Shown here piece after piece: positions 48,135 through 57,735 of a stretch of DNA of 64,000 nt. The notes under the pieces are model-generated. The model saw only the letters and a list, made by a program, of their open reading frames with translations, was not told the DNA's origin and made no database searches. The stretch covers positions 1,184,001 through 1,248,000 of the forward strand of contig CAXXTH010000017.1 of the NCBI GenBank assembly GCA_963668025.2, in the 5' to 3' direction. Position numbers and translations under genes: made by a program. The DNA is from Candidatus Hydrogenedentota bacterium. Its GTDB lineage: Bacteria > Hydrogenedentota > Hydrogenedentia > Hydrogenedentales > SLHB01. The stretch's first letter is position 1, and each line of letters starts with the position of its first letter.

Positions 48135-48509
48135 TGATGAGTAAGATTCAAACAAAACGCATGCAAAGAGCCGGGATATGTGGCTCCAAAATCTTCGCGC
48201 TCTTCACGAAAGCAGATTCTAGTTCTTTATAATGTGGGGCCAGCGCCCCCGCTGGCCATCGGTTTTTATGCAATCAAAGTGTACCAATTAAACACATACA
48301 TGCCTATTGTGTATGCAACCGCGTTCCTTTTTGTTTTTTTATGTTCGTATAGGTAGAATATACGCAGATTCAAAATTGGCGGCTTTCGTACGGTTTCAAT
48401 ATTCCGAGGCCCTCCGGAACTAGGTCCGGGAGGGCATCGTGGCAGGTATCCGGTAACGCACACGAAATGCCGCATGACTAGGCGCTGCAAGCAACTAAAG
48501 GAGCAAAAC

Positions 48510-49883
48510 ATGGCTACGACACCGTTTTCGACGTTGGAATGGGGCAAAGTGGATCTCACCCGCTACCCGAACATGGTGGCGCCCCCGCCAGGGCCAAAAT
48601 CCAAGGACCTCCATGGCCGCTGCACGAAGTACTTCAAAGGTCTCAGCAGCCAGGTGAAGCTTTTCCCGGTGGCCTTCGAGTCGGGTGAGGGCTGCGTCCT
48701 GCGCGACGTGGACGGCAACGAGTATATCGACTTTTCGTCGGGCATCTACGTCACCACGTTGGGCCATTGCCATCCGAAAATCAGCGAGGCCGTGGCGAAA
48801 TACGCCCATACGCTCATGAACGCCCATGACTTCACGACACCCATCAAGACGGCGCTCGTCGAGAAATTGGCCGAGATTTTGCCGGGCGATTTGAATGGAT
48901 TCCAGTTCTACGACTCGGGCACGACGGCGGTCGAAGCGGGCCAGCGCGTCCTGCGCGCCGCCACGAAGCACAACGAGATGCTTTCGTGCTTCAATGATTA
49001 CCATGGCAAGACTTATGGCGCGGTATCCATGGGGCAGATCCGTGGGGCCGTATATGGAGCCGTGCGTGCGCCCGGCATGCACATGGTGCCGCGTCCAGAT
49101 GCCTACCACCCCCTGTGGACCAAAGCCGACGGAACCATTGACACCGATCAGTATCTGAAGTTTTACGCGGAATATCTCGACAAAGCGACCGTGCATGACG
49201 TGGCGGGATTCGTACTCGAACCCATCCAAGGATGGGGCGGCTCGGTCATGCCTCCCGACGATTTTTTCCCGAAGCTGCGCGCTTTCTGCGACGCCCGCGG
49301 CCTGCTGCTCATGGCCGACGAGGTGCTCACGAGCTGGGGCCGCACAGGCAAATGGCTCTGCATGGAAAACTGGGGCGTCCTGCCCGATGTCGTCACGATC
49401 GGCAAAGGCTTCGGCAACGGCTTCCCGGTCACCTGCGTGGCCGTGCGCGAGCCGTATAAAGAGAGCTTCGAGTCTATCTCGGCGTCGAGCAGTTACGGCG
49501 GCAATCCAATGGCCTGCGCGGCGGCGCTGGCGTCCATCGAGGTCATCGAGGAGGAGAATCTGCTCGAGCATTCGGCGCACCTGGGTGAAATCGCCCTCAA
49601 GCGCATGGAGAAGATGAAAGACGAGCACCCCATCGTGGGCGATGTGCGCGCCAAGGGCTGCCTGATGGGCATCGAGCTCGTGAAAGACAAAGCCACGAAG
49701 GAGCCTTTCGACGAGGCCGGCAAGCGCGTTTACCAAAAGGCCTTCGCGAAAGGCCTCGCCTGGATCCCCGCAGGCCATATCCTCCGCATGAGCCCGCCCA
49801 TTGTCATGGACGATGCTACGCTCCTGAAAGCGCTCGATATGATCGACGAAGCCATCGGCGAGACCGAGAAAGAATTGATGTAA
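48510..49883 (+). CDS. Class III PLP aminotransferase (GabT-like)
   Basis: DVDGNEYIDF, LGHCHP, YHGKT, EPIQG, ADEV..WGRTG, TIGKG, YGGNP. Confidence 0.93.
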   Translation: MATTPFSTLEWGKVDLTRYPNMVAPPPGPKSKDLHGRCTKYFKGLSSQVKLFPVAFESGEGCVLRDVDGNEYIDFSSGIYVTTLGHCHPKISEAVAKYAHTLMNAHDFTTPIKTALVEKLAEILPGDLNGFQFYDSGTTAVEAGQRVLRAATKHNEMLSCFNDYHGKTYGAVSMGQIRGAVYGAVRAPGMHMVPRPDAYHPLWTKADGTIDTDQYLKFYAEYLDKATVHDVAGFVLEPIQGWGGSVMPPDDFFPKLRAFCDARGLLLMADEVLTSWGRTGKWLCMENWGVLPDVVTIGKGFGNGFPVTCVAVREPYKESFESISASSSYGGNPMACAAALASIEVIEEENLLEHSAHLGEIALKRMEKMKDEHPIVGDVRAKGCLMGIELVKDKATKEPFDEAGKRVYQKAFAKGLAWIPAGHILRMSPPIVMDDATLLKALDMIDEAIGETEKELM

Positions 49884-50101
49884 CCAATAGCGCTTGGCGC
49901 ATAGGCGTCTAATCAGGAAAAACGCGCGGAACACGTTGGAAGTGATTCCGCGCTTTTTTGTAGGCCTAAGCAAGCGCTTACTTTTTTAAGGACAGTAATA
50001 CTATTTCCGGGAAGTGCTTAAAAATAACGGATTTACAGCATAATCCCTTGGAAAGCAATACACCCGGAATCACCTATTACCGGCTTAATCGAACCTTTCC
50101 C

Positions 50102-50130
50102 TTGACAAAACGCTGGTTTGGGTCTATGCT
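50102..50130 (+). promoter_or_regulatory. Sigma70-like promoter
   Basis: TTGACA-17-TATGCT, about 180 bp upstream of the 50308 start. Confidence 0.6.
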
Positions 50131-50307
50131 GGCGTTGGTCAGTGTTTTAAAAGTGCAAATATTGCGTATCTCTTTAGGTATGCGTTTACCTATTCGGAGA
50201 GAGGCGCATCCAGAGCGGCATGGAATACCGGCCATTCCTCATACGGCCAAACGGCGGGGTATGAGTGAAGAATAGGGCGAGAATGCAACAAAAACGGAGG
50301 ATGAGCA

Positions 50308-51774
50308 ATGAGTAGGAGACTTGGTATTTTTCTGATGCTGCTGGCGATATGCTGCCTGTATGCAACATCCAGCCAGGCGGTGATTATCCACGTCGCTAAG
50401 AGCTATGCGGAAATCGAACGGTTGAATGAGTCGGGAGGAGTCTGGACGGATGGCGTCGATAACGCCGACTATTATGAATTTCGCGTGAACAATATCGGCC
50501 GTCTGAAAAGTGCGTGGACCTGGAATGGGGGCGAGGCGCTCCGGCATACGGTCCAAGACTACACCGACCCGGCCACGAGCACGGTCTATCCCAACATGAG
50601 CATCATCTATTTTGAGGACAGCAGCACTTATAATGTGCGTGATGATGTGACAACGTATACTCCCGATGCCGGTATTGAAAACCTCTTCTTTGACTGGTGG
50701 GGCATGTTTTTTGATGCGACGAACGGATTTGGCTCCGACGGCCACGGTGGTATTGCGATGATCGCTGCCGATGGACAAGCGCCGGTCATCGACTATTCCA
50801 CGGTTTCAACCAGCCAATGGGGTGCTGGACGTAATTTTGTGTTAACCGCCAACCACAAAGCGGGCCAAATCTATTACTTTTTTGAGGGACTACATTTTAC
50901 CGACACCGCGACAGGATATGGCGATCCTTGGGGCAGCGGCGCTTTTGCCAACGGCGGCGATGGTTCGGTTCCTGGTTTCCGGGACTGTGAGTTTAACATT
51001 ATTCACCAAACCTTTGGGTCCGGTGGTGGCCAGACACATACCATGCTCAATGGCCCGGAATATTATCATTGCGCATTCCGTCTCCTGGGCGATTCTTCGG
51101 TAGCGGATCGTGTGTTTGATCCCTACGGCAGCCTTACCGGCGGCGATGGCAGCGTCGATTTCGTCGATTGCACGTTTATTGCCGCGGACGCCAATTCCAT
51201 TTGGTCCCCTGGCACGAACCAAATCACCACGGGCAATGCTTATACGTTCACGCGCTGTATTTTCAACAACATCGACCATCTGCAACAAGATGACGCGGAT
51301 GTGGTGACGGGTTATACGGACAACTGCGAGTGGCCGGCATTCGCGGGAACGGTGCTCAAGCCTGCGGGTGAAACCGGCACGCTCACCGAAGATCCCCAAT
51401 TGGTGGACATCACCGCGGACGATTTCTGGCGCATCGCCGATACATCGCCGTGCGTGGTTCCTAGCGGCTCCAATATCGGCTACGACAAAGATGCGGGCGG
51501 AGCCGTGGATACCGATGGCGACGGCTTGGCGGACACCGTCGAGACCGATACCGGCGTGTATGTCAGCCCGACGGATACCGGCACGGACCCGGCCGTAGCG
51601 GACACCGACGGCGATACCTATAACGACGGCGATGAAGTGGATGCGGGAACGGATCCGACGGATCCGGCGTCATTCCCGGGCAGCGGTTCGGAATTGCCTG
51701 CCGCGTCCCTGTTGGGTCTTGCGGCGCTCATTAGCGCGACAATTAGCGCTGCCGCGCGCCGCCTTCGCGCATAG
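50308..51774 (+). CDS. Secreted/surface protein with beta-helix-like region, TSP3-like Ca-binding repeats and C-terminal membrane anchor
   Basis: Signal peptide; DTDGDGLAD.VE...TGTDP..ADTDGD.YNDGDEV..GTDP; LPAASLLGLAAL...RRLRA tail. Confidence 0.8.
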   Translation: MSRRLGIFLMLLAICCLYATSSQAVIIHVAKSYAEIERLNESGGVWTDGVDNADYYEFRVNNIGRLKSAWTWNGGEALRHTVQDYTDPATSTVYPNMSIIYFEDSSTYNVRDDVTTYTPDAGIENLFFDWWGMFFDATNGFGSDGHGGIAMIAADGQAPVIDYSTVSTSQWGAGRNFVLTANHKAGQIYYFFEGLHFTDTATGYGDPWGSGAFANGGDGSVPGFRDCEFNIIHQTFGSGGGQTHTMLNGPEYYHCAFRLLGDSSVADRVFDPYGSLTGGDGSVDFVDCTFIAADANSIWSPGTNQITTGNAYTFTRCIFNNIDHLQQDDADVVTGYTDNCEWPAFAGTVLKPAGETGTLTEDPQLVDITADDFWRIADTSPCVVPSGSNIGYDKDAGGAVDTDGDGLADTVETDTGVYVSPTDTGTDPAVADTDGDTYNDGDEVDAGTDPTDPASFPGSGSELPAASLLGLAALISATISAAARRLRA

Positions 51775-51796
51775 CCACTTGGGCTTTGCTCCAATA

Positions 51797-51845
51797 GCCG
51801 GGGCCGCTTCCACGCTCAACAGGGAAGCGGCCCCGGCGCTTTTTA
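51797..51845 (+). terminator. Intrinsic terminator between convergent genes
   Basis: Stem gccggggccgcttcc / ggaagcggccccggc followed by a T-run. Confidence 0.75.
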
Positions 51846-51850
51846 TGGAT

Positions 51851-52369
51851 TCAACAGGTGTGAAGGGCGTCGTACAACGCGGTGAGTTCGCGGTGCGCCT
51901 TGAAAGCCAGCGGCGGCCGCGCTTCCTTGGTGAAGAAACCCAAGTCCAATGCGTCCGACATCGCGGCGGCCTCGCCTCCCCATTCCTCGATGAGATACCC
52001 CAGTACGACCACGGAGCCAGACAATGGGCTGGGCTGGGTGCTTACGCCCAGGAGGCGCACGCCATGGGCGCGCAAACCGGTTTCCTCGAGTAATTCCCGT
52101 ATGGCAGCCTCTTCGGTGGTCTCGCCCATTTCCACGAAACCGCCCGGCAGCGACCATTGGCCGTAGCACGGTTCAATGGCGCGCTGGACCAGCAGAAGTT
52201 CGCTGCCGCGCGTAACGAAACAGCAACATGCCGGAACGGGGTTCGAGTAAAAGAACCGCTGGCAGCCGGCGCAATGCGGCCGTTCGCTCTCGCCATCATG
52301 GCGAAGCGCCAGCGGTTTCCCGCAAGTAGGGCAGAAGTTCCAAGCGAAAGGGCGTGCATTCATCGTCAA
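51851..52369 (-). CDS. NUDIX hydrolase with N-terminal zinc ribbon
   Basis: FCPTCG...CAGC; GGFVEMGETTEEAAIRELLEETG. Confidence 0.93.
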   Translation of the reverse strand: MTMNARPFAWNFCPTCGKPLALRHDGESERPHCAGCQRFFYSNPVPACCCFVTRGSELLLVQRAIEPCYGQWSLPGGFVEMGETTEEAAIRELLEETGLRAHGVRLLGVSTQPSPLSGSVVVLGYLIEEWGGEAAAMSDALDLGFFTKEARPPLAFKAHRELTALYDALHTC

Positions 52370-52432
52370 TACCTTAACTAAGCAACAAGGCGGCTCTTTA
52401 GGAGCGGCATGCCGCCGCCTTGTTGTTTCCGA

Positions 52433-52738
52433 TTAACCGCGAGGGAGTTCGATCCGCCGCTTTTCCTCATTCGGCTGCCACCGGTAGAGGATGGCCACAT
52501 GGCCTAGCAAGCTGACTTGCTGGCTGTTGGTCCGTGCGGTGATCTCGGCAAGAATCGATTCTTTCTCTTCTTTTTTATCCACGAACTTCAGCTTGATCAA
52601 TTCATGGGCTTCGAGCACCTCATTCACGGCGTGGATGAGCGTATCCGTGACGCCCAGCTTGCCCACCTGCACGACGGGCTCGAGATGATGCGCCAGGCTG
52701 CGCAGATGCCGCACTTGCGCTCCAGTTAATTCGGCCAT
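52433..52738 (-). CDS. yhbY: YhbY/CRM RNA-binding protein
   Basis: LRSLAHHLEPVVQVGKLG, HELIKLK, GHVAILYR. Confidence 0.93.
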   Translation of the reverse strand: MAELTGAQVRHLRSLAHHLEPVVQVGKLGVTDTLIHAVNEVLEAHELIKLKFVDKKEEKESILAEITARTNSQQVSLLGHVAILYRWQPNEEKRRIELPRG

Positions 52739-52759
52739 GTGATGAACTCCTCGAGCCGG

Positions 52760-53455
52760 TTATTGTCCGGCCTGCTGAAAATACACTTCCTCTTTGGGCT
52801 GGATCACCACGAATCCGCTGCCTCGAAAGAGCATCTGAATCGATTCGCCGCTGCCGCGCCCTAGAAACGTCTTGAATGAGATATCCGTCTTGAACTCGGG
52901 ATTCAAGGTTCCCGACCAAGCCACCGTGGCGTTGGGGTCCGTACATACCGGCGATTGGGGCGTCACCAGCAAGGTAAGGGGATCATAATGCGTCGAGATA
53001 GCCGCCATGCCTGTGCCGGACAATTTCACATTAAACAGGCCGCCCGCCATCATGCCCGCGATTTTGCGCATCATCTTGATATCCCACTCGATGGTTTCCT
53101 CGAACGCAAGAATGTCATTGCCATTTACATAGAGCGTTTCATTCGCGAGATTCAAAATCGAAATCTTCTTGCCTTCATCGGCCAGATAGACCCGCCCAAC
53201 GCCTTCCGCTTTCGTGAGGCGCGTGCCCTCGCCACTCACGGCGCGTTTCAGCAGTGTGCCCACGCCATGATCGAGAACGCCTTCGCGGGTGAACTTGACG
53301 TCTCCCCGATAGGCCACCATGGAGCCCATCTTTGTCCAAACACGGCCATCAAGGTTGATTTCGAGAAGGCGCTCATTCTCCATCTCGAAAAGCCCCTGCC
53401 CTTGATCTTTTTGGCCCGTCTTGGCGATAAACTCGTTTAGCGTATATCTCGGCAT
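52760..53455 (-). CDS. AIM24 family protein
   Basis: KMGSMVAY.G, AVSGEG, GGLFN, TDP.ATVAWS, GSGES.QM.F.G.GFVVIQP. Confidence 0.9.
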   Translation of the reverse strand: MPRYTLNEFIAKTGQKDQGQGLFEMENERLLEINLDGRVWTKMGSMVAYRGDVKFTREGVLDHGVGTLLKRAVSGEGTRLTKAEGVGRVYLADEGKKISILNLANETLYVNGNDILAFEETIEWDIKMMRKIAGMMAGGLFNVKLSGTGMAAISTHYDPLTLLVTPQSPVCTDPNATVAWSGTLNPEFKTDISFKTFLGRGSGESIQMLFRGSGFVVIQPKEEVYFQQAGQ

Positions 53456-53621
53456 GCTTTATCCTCCACGTGCTGGTTTCCCTGAACCCATGGCCCAGCC
53501 ACGTACACGATGTCAGAGCCTTGGCGCATAGTCAAGCCATATCTTGGCACAAGCCGGATATAACAAATTTTTTCTTCTGCTCCAGCATGGCCTCACCTAT
53601 CTGGAAAGAGAACCGCTTTCC

Positions 53622-53666
53622 GTAGCATGGCCGTCCCGGCCATGTGTATGGGTGGGACGCCCATAC
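53622..53666. repeat. Inverted REP doublet (family A)
   Basis: gtagcatggccgtcccggccatg followed by tatgggtgggacgcccatac, just downstream of glmS. Confidence 0.75.
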
Positions 53667-53680
53667 GAGGGATTCCATGT

Positions 53681-55516
53681 TTATTCCACCGTGACGCTCT
53701 TGGCGAGATTGCGGGGCTGGTCCACATCGCAGCCCCGGTTTATGGCGACATAATACGCAAAGAGCTGGAGCGGAATGGCCGAGACGATTGGGCTGAATGG
53801 CTCGAAGCATTCCGGCACGTAAATGACATCCGCACAATATTGCTTGATCCCCTCGTCGCCTTCCGTGGCGATGGCCAGAACGATTCCTTGCCGCGCGAGG
53901 ATCTCTTGCACATTGGACACCATTTTCTCGTAGGTTCCACCTTGGAGGCACAGGCATATCGCTGGCAATTCATTGGTCACCAGGGCGATGGGGCCATGTT
54001 TCATCTCGCCCGCCGCGTAGCCTTCGGCATGGATATAGCTGATCTCTTTTAGCTTGAGCGCTCCCTCGAGGGCGTTCGGGAAATTGTAGCTGCGCCCGAT
54101 ATAAAAGGCGTCTTTGGCGTTCATATATTTCGGTTCTTTGGCGAGCCGGATAATTGTATCTTTGTGATCGAGCACCCACTGGACTTTTTCCGGAATGGCG
54201 CGCAAATGGGCGATCATCTCCCGCGCGTGCGCCTTGTCCATGACGCCGCGCACTTCCGCGAGCCAGATGGTGAACAGGGCGAAGCAGGTGACTTGCGAAG
54301 TGTAGGCTTTTGTCGATGCCACGCCAATCTCGGGCCCGGCTTGTTGATACACCACGCCATGCGATTCCCTCGCGACGCTCGAGCCGACCGTGTTGACGAT
54401 GCTGGCCACTTTCGCGCCCCGGCTCTTCGCGACGCGGATGGCTTCGAGGGTGTCGGCGGTTTCACCAGATTGCGATACGGGAATCATGATGGTGTGCGGC
54501 GGCACGATGGGATCCCGATAGCGGTATTCGGACGACAGATCGAGATCAACGGGCACTTTGGCGAATTTCTCAATCAAGAATTTTCCCACCATTCCCGCAT
54601 GCCATGCCGTGCCGCAAGCGACGATAGTGATCTTTTGGCACGCCCGCAACTCTTCCGGCGAAATGTTCATATCCGAAAGGCGCACCGCATCGGAACCTTC
54701 CTCGACGCGTCCCCGCAAGGTGTTGCGAATCACTTCCGGCTGCTGGTGGATCTCCTTCAACATGAAGTGCGGATAGCCATCTTTCTCGGCCGCGGAGTCA
54801 TCCCAATTGATCTGCTCGATTTTAGGCGTTACGGATATCCCCTCCACGCTTTCGATTTTATACCCGACGCGCCGGATTTCACACACCTGGTTATTATCGA
54901 GGTAAATTACTTTTCGGGTGTATTTCATGATGGCGGGCACATCGGAGGCGATAAATGCTTCCCCATCGCCTAAGCCCACGATGAGGGGGCTGCCATGGCG
55001 CGCCGCCACAAGCACATCGGGATTGTCCTTGCATATGACGCCGATGGCGTATGCGCCCGCCACGTCTTTCAAGGCGCGCTGGACCGCTTGAAAGAGATTG
55101 CCTTGATAATACTTGCGCACCAAATGGGCGAGCGTTTCCGTATCGGTTTGGCTGCGGAACGTTACGCCCTCGGATTCGAGCATATGGCGCAATTCCTGGA
55201 AATTCTCGATGATGCCGTTGTGGACCACGGCGATCTCCATGGGCATGTCATAATGCGGATGCGAATTCACTTCACTGGGCGCGCCATGGGTGGCCCAGCG
55301 GGTATGGCCAATGCCTAAGGGGCCTTGGATGGCGCTTTCTGCGATTCGTTGATCTAGGGCTTGTAGTTTGCCCAGGCTCTTGACGCTCTCCAGGCCGCCA
55401 TCTCGGATGACCGCCACCCCCGCGCTGTCATATCCCCGGTATTCGAGGCGGTGCAAGCCAGCCATGATGATGTCAACGGCGTTTTTATCTCCAATGTAGC
55501 CTACGATACCGCACAT
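53681..55516 (-). CDS. glmS: Glutamine--fructose-6-phosphate aminotransferase
   Basis: MCGIVG, LEYRGYDSAG, GHTRWATHG, SQSGETADT, PRNLAKSVTVE. Confidence 0.98.
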   Translation of the reverse strand: MCGIVGYIGDKNAVDIIMAGLHRLEYRGYDSAGVAVIRDGGLESVKSLGKLQALDQRIAESAIQGPLGIGHTRWATHGAPSEVNSHPHYDMPMEIAVVHNGIIENFQELRHMLESEGVTFRSQTDTETLAHLVRKYYQGNLFQAVQRALKDVAGAYAIGVICKDNPDVLVAARHGSPLIVGLGDGEAFIASDVPAIMKYTRKVIYLDNNQVCEIRRVGYKIESVEGISVTPKIEQINWDDSAAEKDGYPHFMLKEIHQQPEVIRNTLRGRVEEGSDAVRLSDMNISPEELRACQKITIVACGTAWHAGMVGKFLIEKFAKVPVDLDLSSEYRYRDPIVPPHTIMIPVSQSGETADTLEAIRVAKSRGAKVASIVNTVGSSVARESHGVVYQQAGPEIGVASTKAYTSQVTCFALFTIWLAEVRGVMDKAHAREMIAHLRAIPEKVQWVLDHKDTIIRLAKEPKYMNAKDAFYIGRSYNFPNALEGALKLKEISYIHAEGYAAGEMKHGPIALVTNELPAICLCLQGGTYEKMVSNVQEILARQGIVLAIATEGDEGIKQYCADVIYVPECFEPFSPIVSAIPLQLFAYYVAINRGCDVDQPRNLAKSVTVE

Positions 55517-55700
55517 AATCCGTTGCTCCTTTTTGACGACATGCACCTGCTGTTGCAAGCGGTTTTTAAGGATTTACAAAATGAGTGTACAGGCTTTTTA
55601 CCAGCGTTCGCCTCGATATATGCCATCTAGGCACATACCCGGCATCATACCCATTCCTTCATCATGCCGCAAACAGCGGTGAAGGCAGGCAATGGCGGTA

Positions 55701-56231
55701 TTATGGGGCGGCAGGAGGCGGCGCGCTGCCGAAGAGTTGGATAAAGGTCTCCCGGGCGGCAATCGAGAGCACGGACATGATCACGCCTGCGATGCAGACG
55801 CCTAGAAAACATGCCCAGAGGTTTTTGTACCATTTTAGCCCAAAAATATAGCCCGCCATGGCCCCTGTCCAAGCCCCCGTCATCGGAAGCGGGATAGCCA
55901 CGAAAATGAGAAGGCCCCACATTTCGTATTTCTCGATTTGCGCTCCTTTGCGGCGGGTTCGGGCGAATAGCCATTCGACGAAGCGATCTCCCATTTTCCA
56001 CCGGCGCAAGAACCGGGTGATGGGATCGAGCAGGAAAATAATGAACGGAATGGGAATCATATTTCCAAACACCGCCAGCGGATAGGCCAGCCATAGCGGC
56101 AGCGTGGGCGGCCAGAGCAGGGCGACGGGTAATGCGCCGCGCAATTCGAGAATCGGCAAGGTGGCGAGAATGACCGTCGCGGCAGGAAGTGTAAAATGGG
56201 CCATTATGAATGCTACTAATTGTTCTTTCAC
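55701..56231 (-). CDS. COG2426 small multidrug-export-like membrane protein
   Basis: LPILELRGALP, FVAIPLPMTGAWTG; GTG start overlapping the surE TGA is inferred (alternative ATG at 56246). Confidence 0.85.
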   Translation of the reverse strand: MKEQLVAFIMAHFTLPAATVILATLPILELRGALPVALLWPPTLPLWLAYPLAVFGNMIPIPFIIFLLDPITRFLRRWKMGDRFVEWLFARTRRKGAQIEKYEMWGLLIFVAIPLPMTGAWTGAMAGYIFGLKWYKNLWACFLGVCIAGVIMSVLSIAARETFIQLFGSAPPPAAP

Positions 56232-56983
56232 CCGGTGAATCCCCATTTTCGGATAGTGTTGATGGCGTCATGGTTGGTCAAATCGCGGTGGAGCGGCGTG
56301 ATGCTGGCCATTTGGTTTCCGATGGCTTCGAAATCGGTGCCCTCTTCGATGTGATGGGAAGGCATCGAGCCGCCGATCCAGTAGTAACTGCGCCCCCGAG
56401 GATCCTCGCGGCGCACGATTTCATCTTCATACCGCCGCCTGCCCATGCGGGTGATCGCGGCGCCCTTTAACTCTTCAACTGGAATATCCGGCACGTTCAT
56501 GTTCAACATGGTGCCTGGCGGAAGGCCATGCTCCAATACTTCCCGCGCCAAGCGCACCGCCAGCGCGGCGGCGGTTTCATAATGCGCGGGGGAATAGCTT
56601 ATATCGGAAACGGCGATGGCATTGACGCCCAGGAGCATGCCCTCGAACGCGCCCGCCACGGTGCCGGAGTAGGTCACATCATCGCCCAGATTCGCGCCCG
56701 CGTTAATGCCGGATACCACGATATCGGGCTTGCGAGGCAGTAAATCGCGCACGGCGAGCATGACGCAATCGGTGGGGGTGCCATCAACGGAAAACCATTG
56801 CTTACGCACTTCCGTGACGCGTAGCGGCCGCTCGAGGCTGACGCCATGGCCCACGGCGCTTTGCTGCCGGTCGGGCGCATACACCCATACATCGCCGATG
56901 GAATACAGCGCCTCCGCCAGCGCCTCGAGGCCCGGCGCGCGGATGCCATCATCATTTGTGGCCAATATCAACGGATTCGCCAT
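56228..56983 (-). CDS. surE: 5'/3'-nucleotidase SurE
   Basis: TNDDG, DGTPTDCV, SGINAGANLG, YSGTV. Confidence 0.97.
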   Translation of the reverse strand: MANPLILATNDDGIRAPGLEALAEALYSIGDVWVYAPDRQQSAVGHGVSLERPLRVTEVRKQWFSVDGTPTDCVMLAVRDLLPRKPDIVVSGINAGANLGDDVTYSGTVAGAFEGMLLGVNAIAVSDISYSPAHYETAAALAVRLAREVLEHGLPPGTMLNMNVPDIPVEELKGAAITRMGRRRYEDEIVRREDPRGRSYYWIGGSMPSHHIEEGTDFEAIGNQMASITPLHRDLTNHDAINTIRKWGFTG

Positions 56984-57186
56984 AGCGCCGATGCACCTAG
57001 AATTATTCTGGACACACAACCTTTTCCGCCTCGGCACGAAAATGCCCCGGCGAACACAAGAAGGACTTATAACATAGGCTTCCGCAAGGATTCAATGGAC
57101 GCGCGCGCTTGTACGGCAAGCCGTTTCTTGCTTATAGTCTCATTGCCAAGCCTATTTCCAGCTTTCACTTATAGAAGGAGTTTTTT

Positions 57187-57735
57187 ATGCGTTCTTTTAC
57201 GGTGGACACGAATATCGTGTTAATTGGTATGCCCGGCGTGGGCAAGAGCACGGTTGGAGTACTCGTGGCCAAAGCGTTGACGCGGGATTTTTTGGATACG
57301 GATGTCTACTTGCAGGCGGAAGAAGGCCGCCTGCTTCACGAGATCATCGCGGCGGAAGGCAGGGAAGGTTTTTGCGCCATCGAGGAACACTATCTGCTCT
57401 CCATTGATTGCACTGCCTGCATCATCGCCACGGGCGGCAGCGCGGTGTATAGCGAGAAAGCCATGGAGCATTTGCGTGCTGGCGGCATCGTTGTATTTCT
57501 CGATATGTCTTTCGATGAATTGGCGCGTCGGGTCGAGGATTTAGGGGGGCGGGGCGTTGTGATGGCGCCGGGCCAGACTTTTTTGGATTTGTATTCGATG
57601 CGCACTCCTCTATACCGGCGCTATGCGGATATAACCGTATCGCTCGATGGATTGGACCATACCGAGGCGGTTGCGGAAATTGAACGGGCGTTGCAGGATG
57701 CGGGAATACCGCTTTCAGGGAGAAAATCAGTCTGA
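57187..57735 (+). CDS. aroK: Shikimate kinase
   Basis: IGMPGVGKSTVG, DTD, IATGGS, R..LYRRYAD. Confidence 0.93.
   Translation: MRSFTVDTNIVLIGMPGVGKSTVGVLVAKALTRDFLDTDVYLQAEEGRLLHEIIAAEGREGFCAIEEHYLLSIDCTACIIATGGSAVYSEKAMEHLRAGGIVVFLDMSFDELARRVEDLGGRGVVMAPGQTFLDLYSMRTPLYRRYADITVSLDGLDHTEAVAEIERALQDAGIPLSGRKSV

Noticed and set aside
48409-48435. Riboswitch upstream of the aminotransferase
   Set aside because: Only one imperfect GC hairpin and no recognisable aptamer.
48495-49973. 492-aa antisense ORF over the aminotransferase
   Set aside because: Antisense shadow typical of high-GC codon usage.
55520-55700. glmS ribozyme upstream of glmS
   Set aside because: I could not find the conserved AGCGCC/GACGAGG core on the minus strand; an Rfam scan would settle it.
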